From an uncultured Fimbriimonadaceae bacterium (GTDB lineage Bacteria; Armatimonadota; UBA10988), in contig CAYONP010000031.1 in NCBI GenBank assembly GCA_964405335.1, forward strand, positions 1 to 56,801: a stretch of DNA of 56,801 nt, written 5' to 3'. The position numbers and the translations under genes are program-made. Positions 17,890 to 26,394 of the stretch are shown one piece after another (the stretch's first letter is position 1; each line of letters opens with the position of its first letter). The notes under the pieces were generated by a model. It saw only the letters and a list, made by a program, of their open reading frames with translations, was not told the DNA's origin and did no database searches.

Positions 17890-19974
17890 ATGACGTATGC
17901 CTGGCTCTTGATCCTGGTGCCGCTGGTCTCGGCCGGCGTGCTCGCCTACCGCGGTCGGACTCTGTCCGAAGAGCGCATCGGCACCCAGGCCGCCGGCGCC
18001 GTCGGCATCGGCTTCGCCGTCGCCGTGCTGCTCGCCCTGCAGTGGCTGATCGCCATCCACAGTCGCGGCGAGCGGCCGCCGCTCGAGCGGATCCTGGTCG
18101 ACGGCGCCACCTGGATTGCCGTCGGCGAGCTGCAGCTCCGCTTCGCCCTGCTGATCGACCCGCTGACGTTGGTCATGTGCCTGGTGGTCACCGGCGTCGG
18201 TTACCTGATCCACCGCTACGCCGTCGGCTACCTGCATGGCGATCCGCACTTCGCCCGCTTCTTCGCGCTGCTCAACCTGTTCGTCGCGGCGATGCTCATG
18301 CTGGTCATGGCCGACAACCTGGCGATGACCTTCATCGGCTGGGAGGGCGTCGGCTTCTGCAGCTACATGCTGATCGGCTACTACACCGATCGCCACAGCG
18401 CGACGCAGGCCGGGAAGAAGGCGTTTCTGGTCAACCGTGTCGGCGACCTCGGGTTCCTGCTCGGCGCCTTTTTGCTCTACCGTGAGTTCGGCACGCTGCG
18501 CTATCACGAGCTGAACTTCGAGGCGCTCGAGCTGCTGCGCGCCGCCGAGGGCGACGTCGGCATCGGTCTGGCGGCGATGATCGCCATCTCGCTGCTGCTC
18601 TTCGCCGGCGCCTGCGGCAAGTCGGCGCAGTTCCCGCTGCACGTTTGGCTGCCCGACGCGATGGAGGGCCCGACGCCGGTCTCGGCGCTGATCCATGCCG
18701 CCACCATGGTCACCGCCGGGGTCTTCCTGCTGGTCCGGCTGGCCGCCGTCCTCGCGCTGGCGCCGCTGGCGATGAATGTGATCGCGGTGGTCGGCCTGTT
18801 CACCGCCCTGATCGCCGCGCTGCTGGCCTTGGTTCAGCATGACCTCAAGCGGGTGCTGGCCTATTCGACGGTCAGTCAGCTCGGCTACATGTTCGTCGCC
18901 GTCGGCGTCGGCGCGCCGGTGGCGGCGATCTTCCACCTGGTTACCCACGCCTTCTTCAAGGGCCTCCTGTTCCTCTGCTCGGGCAGCGTCATCCACGCCG
19001 TCGAGCACGCGCTCCACGCCTCGGGCGAGCAGGCCGACGCGCAGGACATGCGCCACATGGGCGGGCTGGCGGGCAAGCTGCCGACGACCTACCGGACGAT
19101 GCTCGCCGGCGCCGCGGCGATCGCCGGCGTGCCGCTGCTCTCGGGCTTCTTCTCGAAAGACGAGATTCTGCTCCACGCCGGGCACCACAGCGACCTGCTC
19201 AAGCTGATCGGCCTGGGCGTGGCGCTGCTGACCGCGTTCTACATGTTTCGGCTGATCTTCAAGACCTTCTGGCAGACCAGCCGGCTGAGCCCGGCGGCGC
19301 AGGCGCACCTGGCCGAGTCGCCGGCCGCGATGACTCAGCCGCTGCTGGTCCTCGGCGGGCTGGCGCTGGCGGGCGGGGTGTTGAACCTGCCCGGCGAGTG
19401 GTCGGTCAGCGGCGGGCTGAAGCACTTCTTGACGGTCAACACACACCGCGTCGAGGAGCTCGTGTTCGGCGTCGAGCGGGCGTTTCACCCGACCTGGTCA
19501 GCCGAGCTCGGTTCGATGCTGGTCGGCGGGCTGGTAGCGCTGGCGGGTATCGCTCTGGCCTGGTTCATCTATGCCCAGCACACCGGCATGATGACCGCCG
19601 TGGCGGAGCGCTACCCGCGGTTCTATCGGCTGCTGGTCCACCTCTACTTCCTCGACGACTTGTACCAGCGGTTCATCGTCCGGCCGGGTGTGAAGCTGGC
19701 CGAGTGGCTGGCCACCGTGTATGACCAGCAGGTGATCGACGGTCTGGTCAACCGCCTGGCCGGCGGCGTGGGGCGGCTGGCCGGCGGCTCGCGGGCCTGG
19801 CAGGGCGGGCAGGTGCGGGCCTATGCGCTGTGGTTCGTGCTCGGCGCGGCGGTGACCATCGCCTGGCTCGGGCTGCGCGGCCAGCCGTGGCCGCTGCTGG
19901 CGCTGGTGGCGGTGCTGCTGGTCGTGCTGGTCGGTTGCGCGGTGGTCGTGCTGCGGCCGAAGAGCGAGGCTTAG
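17890..19974 (+). CDS. nuoL: NADH-quinone oxidoreductase subunit L, second copy.
   Basis: 694 aa from the ATG at 17890. It carries the WLPDAMEGPTPVSALIHAATMVTAG and HAFFKGLLFLCSGSVIHA motifs. Confidence 0.9.
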   Translation: MTYAWLLILVPLVSAGVLAYRGRTLSEERIGTQAAGAVGIGFAVAVLLALQWLIAIHSRGERPPLERILVDGATWIAVGELQLRFALLIDPLTLVMCLVVTGVGYLIHRYAVGYLHGDPHFARFFALLNLFVAAMLMLVMADNLAMTFIGWEGVGFCSYMLIGYYTDRHSATQAGKKAFLVNRVGDLGFLLGAFLLYREFGTLRYHELNFEALELLRAAEGDVGIGLAAMIAISLLLFAGACGKSAQFPLHVWLPDAMEGPTPVSALIHAATMVTAGVFLLVRLAAVLALAPLAMNVIAVVGLFTALIAALLALVQHDLKRVLAYSTVSQLGYMFVAVGVGAPVAAIFHLVTHAFFKGLLFLCSGSVIHAVEHALHASGEQADAQDMRHMGGLAGKLPTTYRTMLAGAAAIAGVPLLSGFFSKDEILLHAGHHSDLLKLIGLGVALLTAFYMFRLIFKTFWQTSRLSPAAQAHLAESPAAMTQPLLVLGGLALAGGVLNLPGEWSVSGGLKHFLTVNTHRVEELVFGVERAFHPTWSAELGSMLVGGLVALAGIALAWFIYAQHTGMMTAVAERYPRFYRLLVHLYFLDDLYQRFIVRPGVKLAEWLATVYDQQVIDGLVNRLAGGVGRLAGGSRAWQGGQVRAYALWFVLGAAVTIAWLGLRGQPWPLLALVAVLLVVLVGCAVVVLRPKSEA

Positions 19975-19975
19975 G

Positions 19976-21487
19976 ATGCTGCTGGTCCTGATCGGCCTGC
20001 CACTGCTCGGGGCGCTCCTGCTGCTGCGGCGGAGCGAGGACGAGGCGCCGGCGATCCGGGTCGAGGCCCTGCTCTACGCGGCGGTCACCGCCGTGCTGAC
20101 CATCCTGGTCTACCTCGGTTACCAGCCGGGCGAGCATGCGCTCGAGTTTGGCTACACGCTCGATTGGCCGCTGCTGGCCGCGTTCGGCATCCGCTTCCAC
20201 CTCGGCATCGACGGCATCAGCGGCCTGCTGGTCATGCTCACCGGCGTGCTCGGATTCGTCGCCGTGCTGTCGAGCTTCACCGCCGTGGCCGAGCGGCAGA
20301 AGGGCTACTACATCTGCCTGTTGGCGCTGATCGGGGCGCTGATCGGGGTCTTCTGCTCGCTCGACCTGTTCGTCTTCTACGTTTTCTGGGAGGCGATGCT
20401 CATCCCGATGTTCTTCCTGATCGGTATCTGGGGTGGGCCGCGGCGCATCTATGCGACCTACAAGTTCGTGCTCTACACCCTGGTCGGCAGCCTGCTGATG
20501 ATTGTCGCCATCATCTGGCTGGCCTATCAGGGCGGCACACCGAGCTTTGACCTGGTGACCCTCTATCGGCGCGAGCCGCCGGCGCACCAGATGTGGGCCT
20601 TCCTCGCCTTCGCGCTGGCCTTCGCCATCAAGGTGCCGCTCTTCCCGCTGCACACCTGGCTGCCCGACGCGCATGTCGAGGCGCCGACCGCCGGCTCGAT
20701 CATCCTTGCCGGCGTGCTGCTGAAGATGGGCACCTATGGCTTCTTGCGCATCGCCATTCCGCTCTTCCCCGATGCGGCCATCGTCGCCGGCGGGTGGATC
20801 ATCGGCTTGGCCGTGTTCGGCATCATCTATGGCGCGCTGGTCGCCCTGGTCCAGCCCGACATCAAGAAGCTGGTCGCCTACTCGTCCGTCTCGCACCTCG
20901 GCTACGTCATGCTCGGCCTGTTCGCCTTCACCAGCCTGCCGGCGATGCAGGGCGGGATGATCCAGCAGATCAACCACGGGCTGTCGAGCGGCGCGCTGTT
21001 CCTGCTGGTCGGCATGATCTATGAGCGGCGGCACTCGCGTGGCGTCGACGACTTCGGCGGGCTGTGGACGCAGATGCCGGTCTTCTCGCGCTATGCTCTG
21101 GTGGTCGTGCTGGCCAGCCTCGGGCTGCCCGGCCTGTGCGGCTTTGTCGGCGAGTTTCTGGTGCTGCTGGGCGTGGCGCAGACGGCGCCCTACCTGGCCG
21201 CGGTGGCCGGCGTCGGGGTGATCCTCGGCGCGGCCTACCTGCTGTGGATGTTCCAGCGCGTCTTCTACGGTCCGGCCGACCGGCCCGAGGTGCGGCGCAT
21301 GGCCGATGTCGACCGGCGCGAGCTCTGGTGCATCGTGCCGCTGGTGGTCTGGATGGTCTGGCTCGGCCTTGCCCCGACGCCGTTCCTGCGCCGCGCCGAG
21401 CCGGCGGTGCGGTGGATTCAGAGCCGCGTGACGCAGCCGGCGGCCGGCGGCGAGCGACTCGAGCTGCGCGAGCCGGGAGTCAGGTAG
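19976..21487 (+). CDS. nuoM: NADH-quinone oxidoreductase subunit M, second copy.
   Basis: 503 aa. It carries the FWEAMLIPMFFLIGIWGG and HTWLPDAHVEAPTAGS motifs. Confidence 0.9.
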   Translation: MLLVLIGLPLLGALLLLRRSEDEAPAIRVEALLYAAVTAVLTILVYLGYQPGEHALEFGYTLDWPLLAAFGIRFHLGIDGISGLLVMLTGVLGFVAVLSSFTAVAERQKGYYICLLALIGALIGVFCSLDLFVFYVFWEAMLIPMFFLIGIWGGPRRIYATYKFVLYTLVGSLLMIVAIIWLAYQGGTPSFDLVTLYRREPPAHQMWAFLAFALAFAIKVPLFPLHTWLPDAHVEAPTAGSIILAGVLLKMGTYGFLRIAIPLFPDAAIVAGGWIIGLAVFGIIYGALVALVQPDIKKLVAYSSVSHLGYVMLGLFAFTSLPAMQGGMIQQINHGLSSGALFLLVGMIYERRHSRGVDDFGGLWTQMPVFSRYALVVVLASLGLPGLCGFVGEFLVLLGVAQTAPYLAAVAGVGVILGAAYLLWMFQRVFYGPADRPEVRRMADVDRRELWCIVPLVVWMVWLGLAPTPFLRRAEPAVRWIQSRVTQPAAGGERLELREPGVR

Positions 21488-21493
21488 AGCACG

Positions 21494-22933
21494 ATGGAGT
21501 TTACCCCGCCCGACATCCGCTACTGGGCCCTGCTCGCACCGCTGCTGGTCACCTTGACGGGCGTCGTCGTCCTGCTCCGCGGCGTGTTCGGCGCCGGCGG
21601 CGAGGACGAGCCGCGGCGCTGGTCGCTCTATGGCCTGGCCGCCGCGGCGGTCGCGGCGCTCGCCGTCTCGGTCATGGGCGACAGCGACTCGTTCTCAGGC
21701 ATGTTGCGGCTCGACTCGGTCACCGTCTTCTTCTGGCTGGTCATGCTCGCGGCCACCGCCGGTGCGGTGCTCGCGGCCGACGAGCGGCTGCGGCCCGAGG
21801 GGGTGAAGCGGGCCGAGTCGCTGGCGCTGCTGCTGTTCGCCTGCCTGGGCATGATGTTGATGGCCGCCGGCGGGCATCTGCTGCTCATCTTCCTCGGCCT
21901 CGAGACCATGTCGCTGGCGCTCTACATCCTGGCCGGGCTCAACGGCCAGCGCGACCCGCGCTCGAACGAAGCGGCGCTGAAGTACCTGCTGCTCGGCGCC
22001 TTCGCCACTGGCTTTCTGGTCTATGGCATGGCCTTTGTCTACGGCGGCTGCGGGTCGCTGCAGGTGCACGATATCGTGGTCGCCGTCGGGTTCGGCAACG
22101 CCGACGGGGCGTTCCTCTCGGTCGGCCTCGGGCTGCTCACCGTCGGCCTTGGGTTCAAGGTCGCCCTGGTGCCGTTCCATATGTGGGCACCCGACGTCTA
22201 TGAGGGCGCGCCGACGCCGGTCACCGCCTTCATGGCCGTGGGACCGAAGGTCGCCGGCTTCGCCGCCATGGTGCGGGTGTTCATCGACGCCGCCGGCGGG
22301 CTGGCCGAGACCTGGGCCCCGCTGCTCGCGCTGCTCGCCCTGCTGACCATGCTGCTGGGCAACCTGATGGCGCTGGCGCAGAGCAACCTCAAGCGGCTGC
22401 TGGCCTACAGCTCCATCGCCCATGCCGGCTACCTGGCCGTCGGCATCGTCGCCGGTGCGCTCGGCGTGCAGGCAGTGCTCTACTACGGGCTGGCCTACGC
22501 GGCGATGACGCTCGGCGCGTTTGCCGTGGTGATGATTGTCGCCGGCGACGGCGAGCGGCTCGCCCTGGACGACTACGCCGGCCTGGCCAGGCGCTCGCCC
22601 CTCGCCGCCGGGGCGATGACGCTGTTCCTGCTCGCCCTGGCCTCGATCCCGCCGACCTCGGGTTTCGTCGGCAAGTGGCTGCTGTTCGTCGCGGCGGTGC
22701 AGGCCGGCTACACCTGGCTGGCCGTGCTCGGCGTGCTCTGCTCGCTGATCGGCATCTTCTACTACCTGCGCATCGTCGTCCGGATGTACTTCGACGAGCC
22801 GGCCGAGGCCGAGCCGCTGGCGGTCAGCCAACCGAGCCGGCAGTTGGTCTGGGCCACGGCCATCGCCACTGCGTTGCTCAGCTTGCCGACGGGGCTGTTC
22901 TTCGTCTGGCTGGCCGGCCGGGCGGTCGGGTAG
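21494..22933 (+). CDS. nuoN: NADH-quinone oxidoreductase subunit N, second copy.
   Basis: 479 aa with a NuoN-like topology. Its TAG stop codon is formed by the first repeat unit of the downstream array. Confidence 0.9.
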   Translation: MEFTPPDIRYWALLAPLLVTLTGVVVLLRGVFGAGGEDEPRRWSLYGLAAAAVAALAVSVMGDSDSFSGMLRLDSVTVFFWLVMLAATAGAVLAADERLRPEGVKRAESLALLLFACLGMMLMAAGGHLLLIFLGLETMSLALYILAGLNGQRDPRSNEAALKYLLLGAFATGFLVYGMAFVYGGCGSLQVHDIVVAVGFGNADGAFLSVGLGLLTVGLGFKVALVPFHMWAPDVYEGAPTPVTAFMAVGPKVAGFAAMVRVFIDAAGGLAETWAPLLALLALLTMLLGNLMALAQSNLKRLLAYSSIAHAGYLAVGIVAGALGVQAVLYYGLAYAAMTLGAFAVVMIVAGDGERLALDDYAGLARRSPLAAGAMTLFLLALASIPPTSGFVGKWLLFVAAVQAGYTWLAVLGVLCSLIGIFYYLRIVVRMYFDEPAEAEPLAVSQPSRQLVWATAIATALLSLPTGLFFVWLAGRAVG

Positions 22934-23132
22934 GGCGCCTCCGCCGGAAGCGGCGACGGCCGCCGGGTTGGGCGCTTCCGCCGAAAGCGCCGACGGCCGC
23001 CGGGCAGGGCGCTTCCGCCGAAGGCGCCGACGGCCGCCTGGTAGGGCGCTTTCGCCGAAGGCGCCGTCGGCCGCCCGGTAGGGCGCTTTCGCCGAAAGCG
23101 CCGTCGGCCGCCTCGGCGAGGCAGCCCTACCC
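22928..23132. repeat. Tandem array of five 37-bp GC-rich palindromic units of GTAGGGC-hairpin-GTCGGCCGCC type, closed by an inverted GCCCTACCC. It is REP-like and probably acts as a bidirectional terminator.
   Basis: The GGGCGC anchors fall at 22933, 22970, 23007, 23044 and 23081, an exact 37-bp period. Each unit contains a stem-loop of the form ggcgctttcg-c-cgaaagcgcc. The array lies between the convergent nuoN2 and CHAD genes. Confidence 0.85.
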
Positions 23133-23149
23133 ACCGTGCGTTGCGGCGC

Positions 23150-24055
23150 TCAGTCGATCGCGTCGGCGATCATCCGCCCGAAAGTCTCGGCCGCGCCGTC
23201 GACGGCGAAGGTGTGGACCCGCTCGAAGACCAGCTCGCGCTCGTCGACCACGGCCCGGCGCAGCGACTTAGCCGCGGTCTTGCGCCGGTTGGCCGCGGCG
23301 AAGGCGTCAATCCGCTCCAGCAGCACATCGATGTCGTGCAGGTCGCCCAGCGTCTCGTGCAGTTCCGTGACCCGGCTGAAGGCGTCCCGCAGCCGCCGGC
23401 CATAGAGGTCGAGGAACGGCTCGATCGCGTAGCGCAGCTTCTTGTTGGCCACCCGCACGCGGTGCAGGCCGTCGGCGTCGTCCTTGCCGTTGACCTGGCC
23501 CAGGCGCTTGATCACCGGCCGGATGCGGACGCCGATGGCCGCCCGCGAATAGGCCATGATGCGCATCCCGGCCACCGCGTGCCGGCGCGGGTGGCGGCCG
23601 GTCCAGATGATGTCGCGCATCGAGCGCAGGAACTCCTCGCCGCGGAGCCGATCGAACTCGACCACCAGCGCGGCCTGGGCGATGTCGCGCTCGGCGGCGA
23701 GCTCGGCGCAGAGCTCGTCGACCACGGCGGGCGCCAGCTCGGCGCGGCCGCGCAGCGCGAGTTGCAGCACGTCGAGGTCACGCACCGCGCCGAGGTGGTC
23801 GTTGAGCGAGTCCACCTCGCGCAGCGCGACGGCGTAGGCCTCCTCGTCATAGACCTCGGAAAACAGCCGCATCGCCTCGCGCAGTCGCTTGGCTGCCACG
23901 CGCATCTGGTGGATGCCGGCCTCGGGCTCACCGGCGCGGGCGGCCTTGGCGCGCGACCAGGTGTCGTTCAGCCGGTCGCCCAAGATCAGCCGTGCGGCTT
24001 TGCGGACCCGGGTGCGGGGTTTGAGCGCGGCGGGCGGTTTGGGGCCCTTGGCCAT
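23150..24055 (-). CDS. CHAD (conserved histidine alpha-helical domain) protein.
   Basis: 301-aa helical protein with repeated HxxRVxxKRLRxaxxxF-type CHAD motifs (HQMRVAAKRLREAMRLF and HRVRVANKKLRYAIEPF). Confidence 0.8.
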   Translation of the reverse strand: MAKGPKPPAALKPRTRVRKAARLILGDRLNDTWSRAKAARAGEPEAGIHQMRVAAKRLREAMRLFSEVYDEEAYAVALREVDSLNDHLGAVRDLDVLQLALRGRAELAPAVVDELCAELAAERDIAQAALVVEFDRLRGEEFLRSMRDIIWTGRHPRRHAVAGMRIMAYSRAAIGVRIRPVIKRLGQVNGKDDADGLHRVRVANKKLRYAIEPFLDLYGRRLRDAFSRVTELHETLGDLHDIDVLLERIDAFAAANRRKTAAKSLRRAVVDERELVFERVHTFAVDGAAETFGRMIADAID

Positions 24056-24061
24056 CGTCGG

Positions 24062-25399
24062 TCAGCAGGTAACGTGAAGCAGCAGGGCCCGCTTGCCCGT
24101 AGCGGTGTTGAACGCGCGGGCGGCCTCGGGCGTGGTTTGCATGACCGGTTCGATGCCCTTCTCGCCGAGCCACCGGATGGCCTCGTGGCTGAGCCCCATG
24201 TGGCCGTGGTGGCCGATGCCGACGAAGAGCCGCTCGGGCTGCCCCTTACAGACCTGCTTGACCTCCTCCGCGCTGACCTCGTGCGACGTGCCGTGGACGC
24301 GGCGGCTGAGCTTCTTCTTGCGCTTCTTCACCGACCCATCGGCGCGGACGACGACATCGTGCTCGAACCGGTCGCCGTTGACGCTGACAAACCCGAAGTC
24401 GGGAGCCTCGATGCGCGGGTAGACGTACTGGTCGCGCCCGCCGTCGCCGCGCGCCAGGGCCGCCGCGCCGAGCAGCACCGCGTCGTCGCCCAGCTCGCTG
24501 GTCAGCAGCTCGAGCGGATTGCCGTTCCCCGGCGCGACGTGCCGCTTCACCGCCGCCTCGATGCGCGGCATCATGTAGCCGCCACAAGCCTCGATCACCC
24601 CGCCGCCGTAGACGATCGCCTCGGGGTCGCAGAGGTGAATCACCGTTACGGTGCCCAGGCCGAGCACGTCGCAGGCCCAGTCGATCACCTCGCAGGTCAG
24701 CTCGTCGCCGTCGCGCAGGGCATCGCGCAGAGCGCCCGAGCGCAGCCGCTCGTCGCCCTCGTCGCCGCTCAGCGCGTCCTTGAGCACGCTCTTCCGCCCG
24801 GCTTCGATCCCAGCGCGGATGCGCCGTTCGATGCCCAGGCGACTGGCGTAATACTCGAACTCGCCGCCGCCCTCGTCGCCGCGCCGCGCGGCCTCGAAGT
24901 CGACGATGATGTGACCCACCTCGGCGCCGAGGCAGTGCTCGCCGATGATCACCTTGCCGTCGACCACCAGCCCGCCGCCGATGCCGGTGCCGACGAACAT
25001 GCCGAACACGTTGTCGTAACCGCGCGCCGCGCCGAACGTCTTCTCGCCCAGCGTGCCGACGTTGACGTCGTTGCCGACCACCGCCGGCACGCCGAACTCG
25101 TGGGTCACCAGCTCGGCCACCGGCACGCCGCTGAGCGGGGCGTTCGGCGCCCAGACGCAGTGGCCCTCGGCATCGACCACGCCGGGCACGCCGAGGCCGA
25201 TGGCGTCAATCGACTCGAGCGGCACCTCGGCCTTCTTCGCCGCACGGCGAATCACCTGGCCGACGACAACCACCAACTGCTCGGCCGATTCGGCCGGGGT
25301 CGACGCCTTGGCCCGCGCGACCACTTGGTCCTGGGCGTCGACCACCGCACCCAGGATCTTCGTCCCTCCGACGTCGACGCCGATGGTGTATCCGGTCAT
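24062..25399 (-). CDS. ROK-family glucokinase fused to a C-terminal Mth938-like (DUF498) domain.
   Basis: The N-terminal ROK motifs are IGVDVGGTKI, GVPGVVD and the zinc-site CxCGxxGCxE-like CLGAEVGH. The C-terminal 110 aa (..VGIGHHGHMGL..EKGIEPVMQTTPEAARAFN) resemble Mth938-family proteins. The ATG at 25399 is preceded by GGAAG. Confidence 0.8.
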   Translation of the reverse strand: MTGYTIGVDVGGTKILGAVVDAQDQVVARAKASTPAESAEQLVVVVGQVIRRAAKKAEVPLESIDAIGLGVPGVVDAEGHCVWAPNAPLSGVPVAELVTHEFGVPAVVGNDVNVGTLGEKTFGAARGYDNVFGMFVGTGIGGGLVVDGKVIIGEHCLGAEVGHIIVDFEAARRGDEGGGEFEYYASRLGIERRIRAGIEAGRKSVLKDALSGDEGDERLRSGALRDALRDGDELTCEVIDWACDVLGLGTVTVIHLCDPEAIVYGGGVIEACGGYMMPRIEAAVKRHVAPGNGNPLELLTSELGDDAVLLGAAALARGDGGRDQYVYPRIEAPDFGFVSVNGDRFEHDVVVRADGSVKKRKKKLSRRVHGTSHEVSAEEVKQVCKGQPERLFVGIGHHGHMGLSHEAIRWLGEKGIEPVMQTTPEAARAFNTATGKRALLLHVTC

Positions 25400-25502
25400 C
25401 TGGTGGCTTCCACAATTCGTTACCTGGGACTCACCCGATTCTGACGATCGGCTCACGATGAGTCAACCGGATCGGGAAAACTAACAATGCGAGCCGAGCG
25501 GC

Positions 25503-26393
25503 TCAACCGCCCGGCCAGCCCGCGGTCCGCCACGACTCGGACCCGTCCCCCGGCACCACCAGCGCCTGATACGCCGCGAACCGCGGCATCACCTCCCCGG
25601 ACTCGCCGCCGAGCACCAGCAGGGCCGTCGACAGCGCATCGGCAACCAGCGCGCTTGGGCCCAGCACGGCGGTCATGCCCGCCGCCTCGACCGGCCGGCC
25701 ACCGCGCGGATCGAGCACGTGCGAAACTACCTGGCCACCGGTCTGAGCAGTCCGCCCGGCGCCGCCCGAGAGCGACAGGCAGGCGTGCTGGAGCGGCACG
25801 GTCGCGCCGGTCGGCAAGGCAATCTGGAGCGGCTCGGGCCCGCGCTGCGCGACGATGCTGGTCCCGCCGTGGAGCAGCGCCCGCTCGACTCCAAGCTCGT
25901 CGAGCACGGCCAACGCCTGATCGACGGCGTGGCCCTTGCCGACCGCGCCGAGATCGACGCTGAGACCGGGTGGGAAGCGGACCGTCCGTGCCGAGGGATC
26001 GAGCTCGATTCGGTGCGCGCCGATGCGCTCGAGCAGGTCCGCCAACTCGGTCTCGCTCGGCGGGGACTTGACCGGTCCGCGCAGTCCCCAGGCCTGAAGC
26101 AGCGGCCGGCAGGTGACATCGAACGCGCCGCCGGTCAGCCGGCTCAGCTCGCGGCACTGCTCGAGCAGGCCGAAGACGACCGGCCCGACGCGGACCGGCT
26201 CGCGATCGGCGCGGCTATTGAGCAGGCTGATCTCGCTACCGGGCAGGAACGCCGAGAGCTGCTGCTCGGCGCGGGTGATCTCCCCGAGCGCCTCCTCGCC
26301 GGCGGCGCGGAGGTGCGCTGGAGATTCGCCCCAGAGCAGCAGCTCCCAGCGGCAGGCCATCGCGTGGACGGCCAGCCGGACCGGTTCGGGCAT
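25503..26393 (-). CDS. apbE: FAD:protein FMN transferase (ApbE family).
   Basis: 296-aa ApbE-like sequence (..GAFDVTC...DLGAVGKGHAVD..) with no obvious signal peptide. Its start overlaps the stop of the upstream oxidoreductase. Confidence 0.8.
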   Translation of the reverse strand: MPEPVRLAVHAMACRWELLLWGESPAHLRAAGEEALGEITRAEQQLSAFLPGSEISLLNSRADREPVRVGPVVFGLLEQCRELSRLTGGAFDVTCRPLLQAWGLRGPVKSPPSETELADLLERIGAHRIELDPSARTVRFPPGLSVDLGAVGKGHAVDQALAVLDELGVERALLHGGTSIVAQRGPEPLQIALPTGATVPLQHACLSLSGGAGRTAQTGGQVVSHVLDPRGGRPVEAAGMTAVLGPSALVADALSTALLVLGGESGEVMPRFAAYQALVVPGDGSESWRTAGWPGG

Positions 26394-26394
26394 G

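Noticed and set aside
22928-23132. Possible CRISPR array (five regularly spaced direct repeats).
   Set aside because: The units are directly contiguous at a 37-bp period with no unique spacers. Each unit is itself a palindrome, there are no cas genes in the window, and the same unit occurs as solo copies at gene ends. This is REP-like behaviour, not CRISPR.
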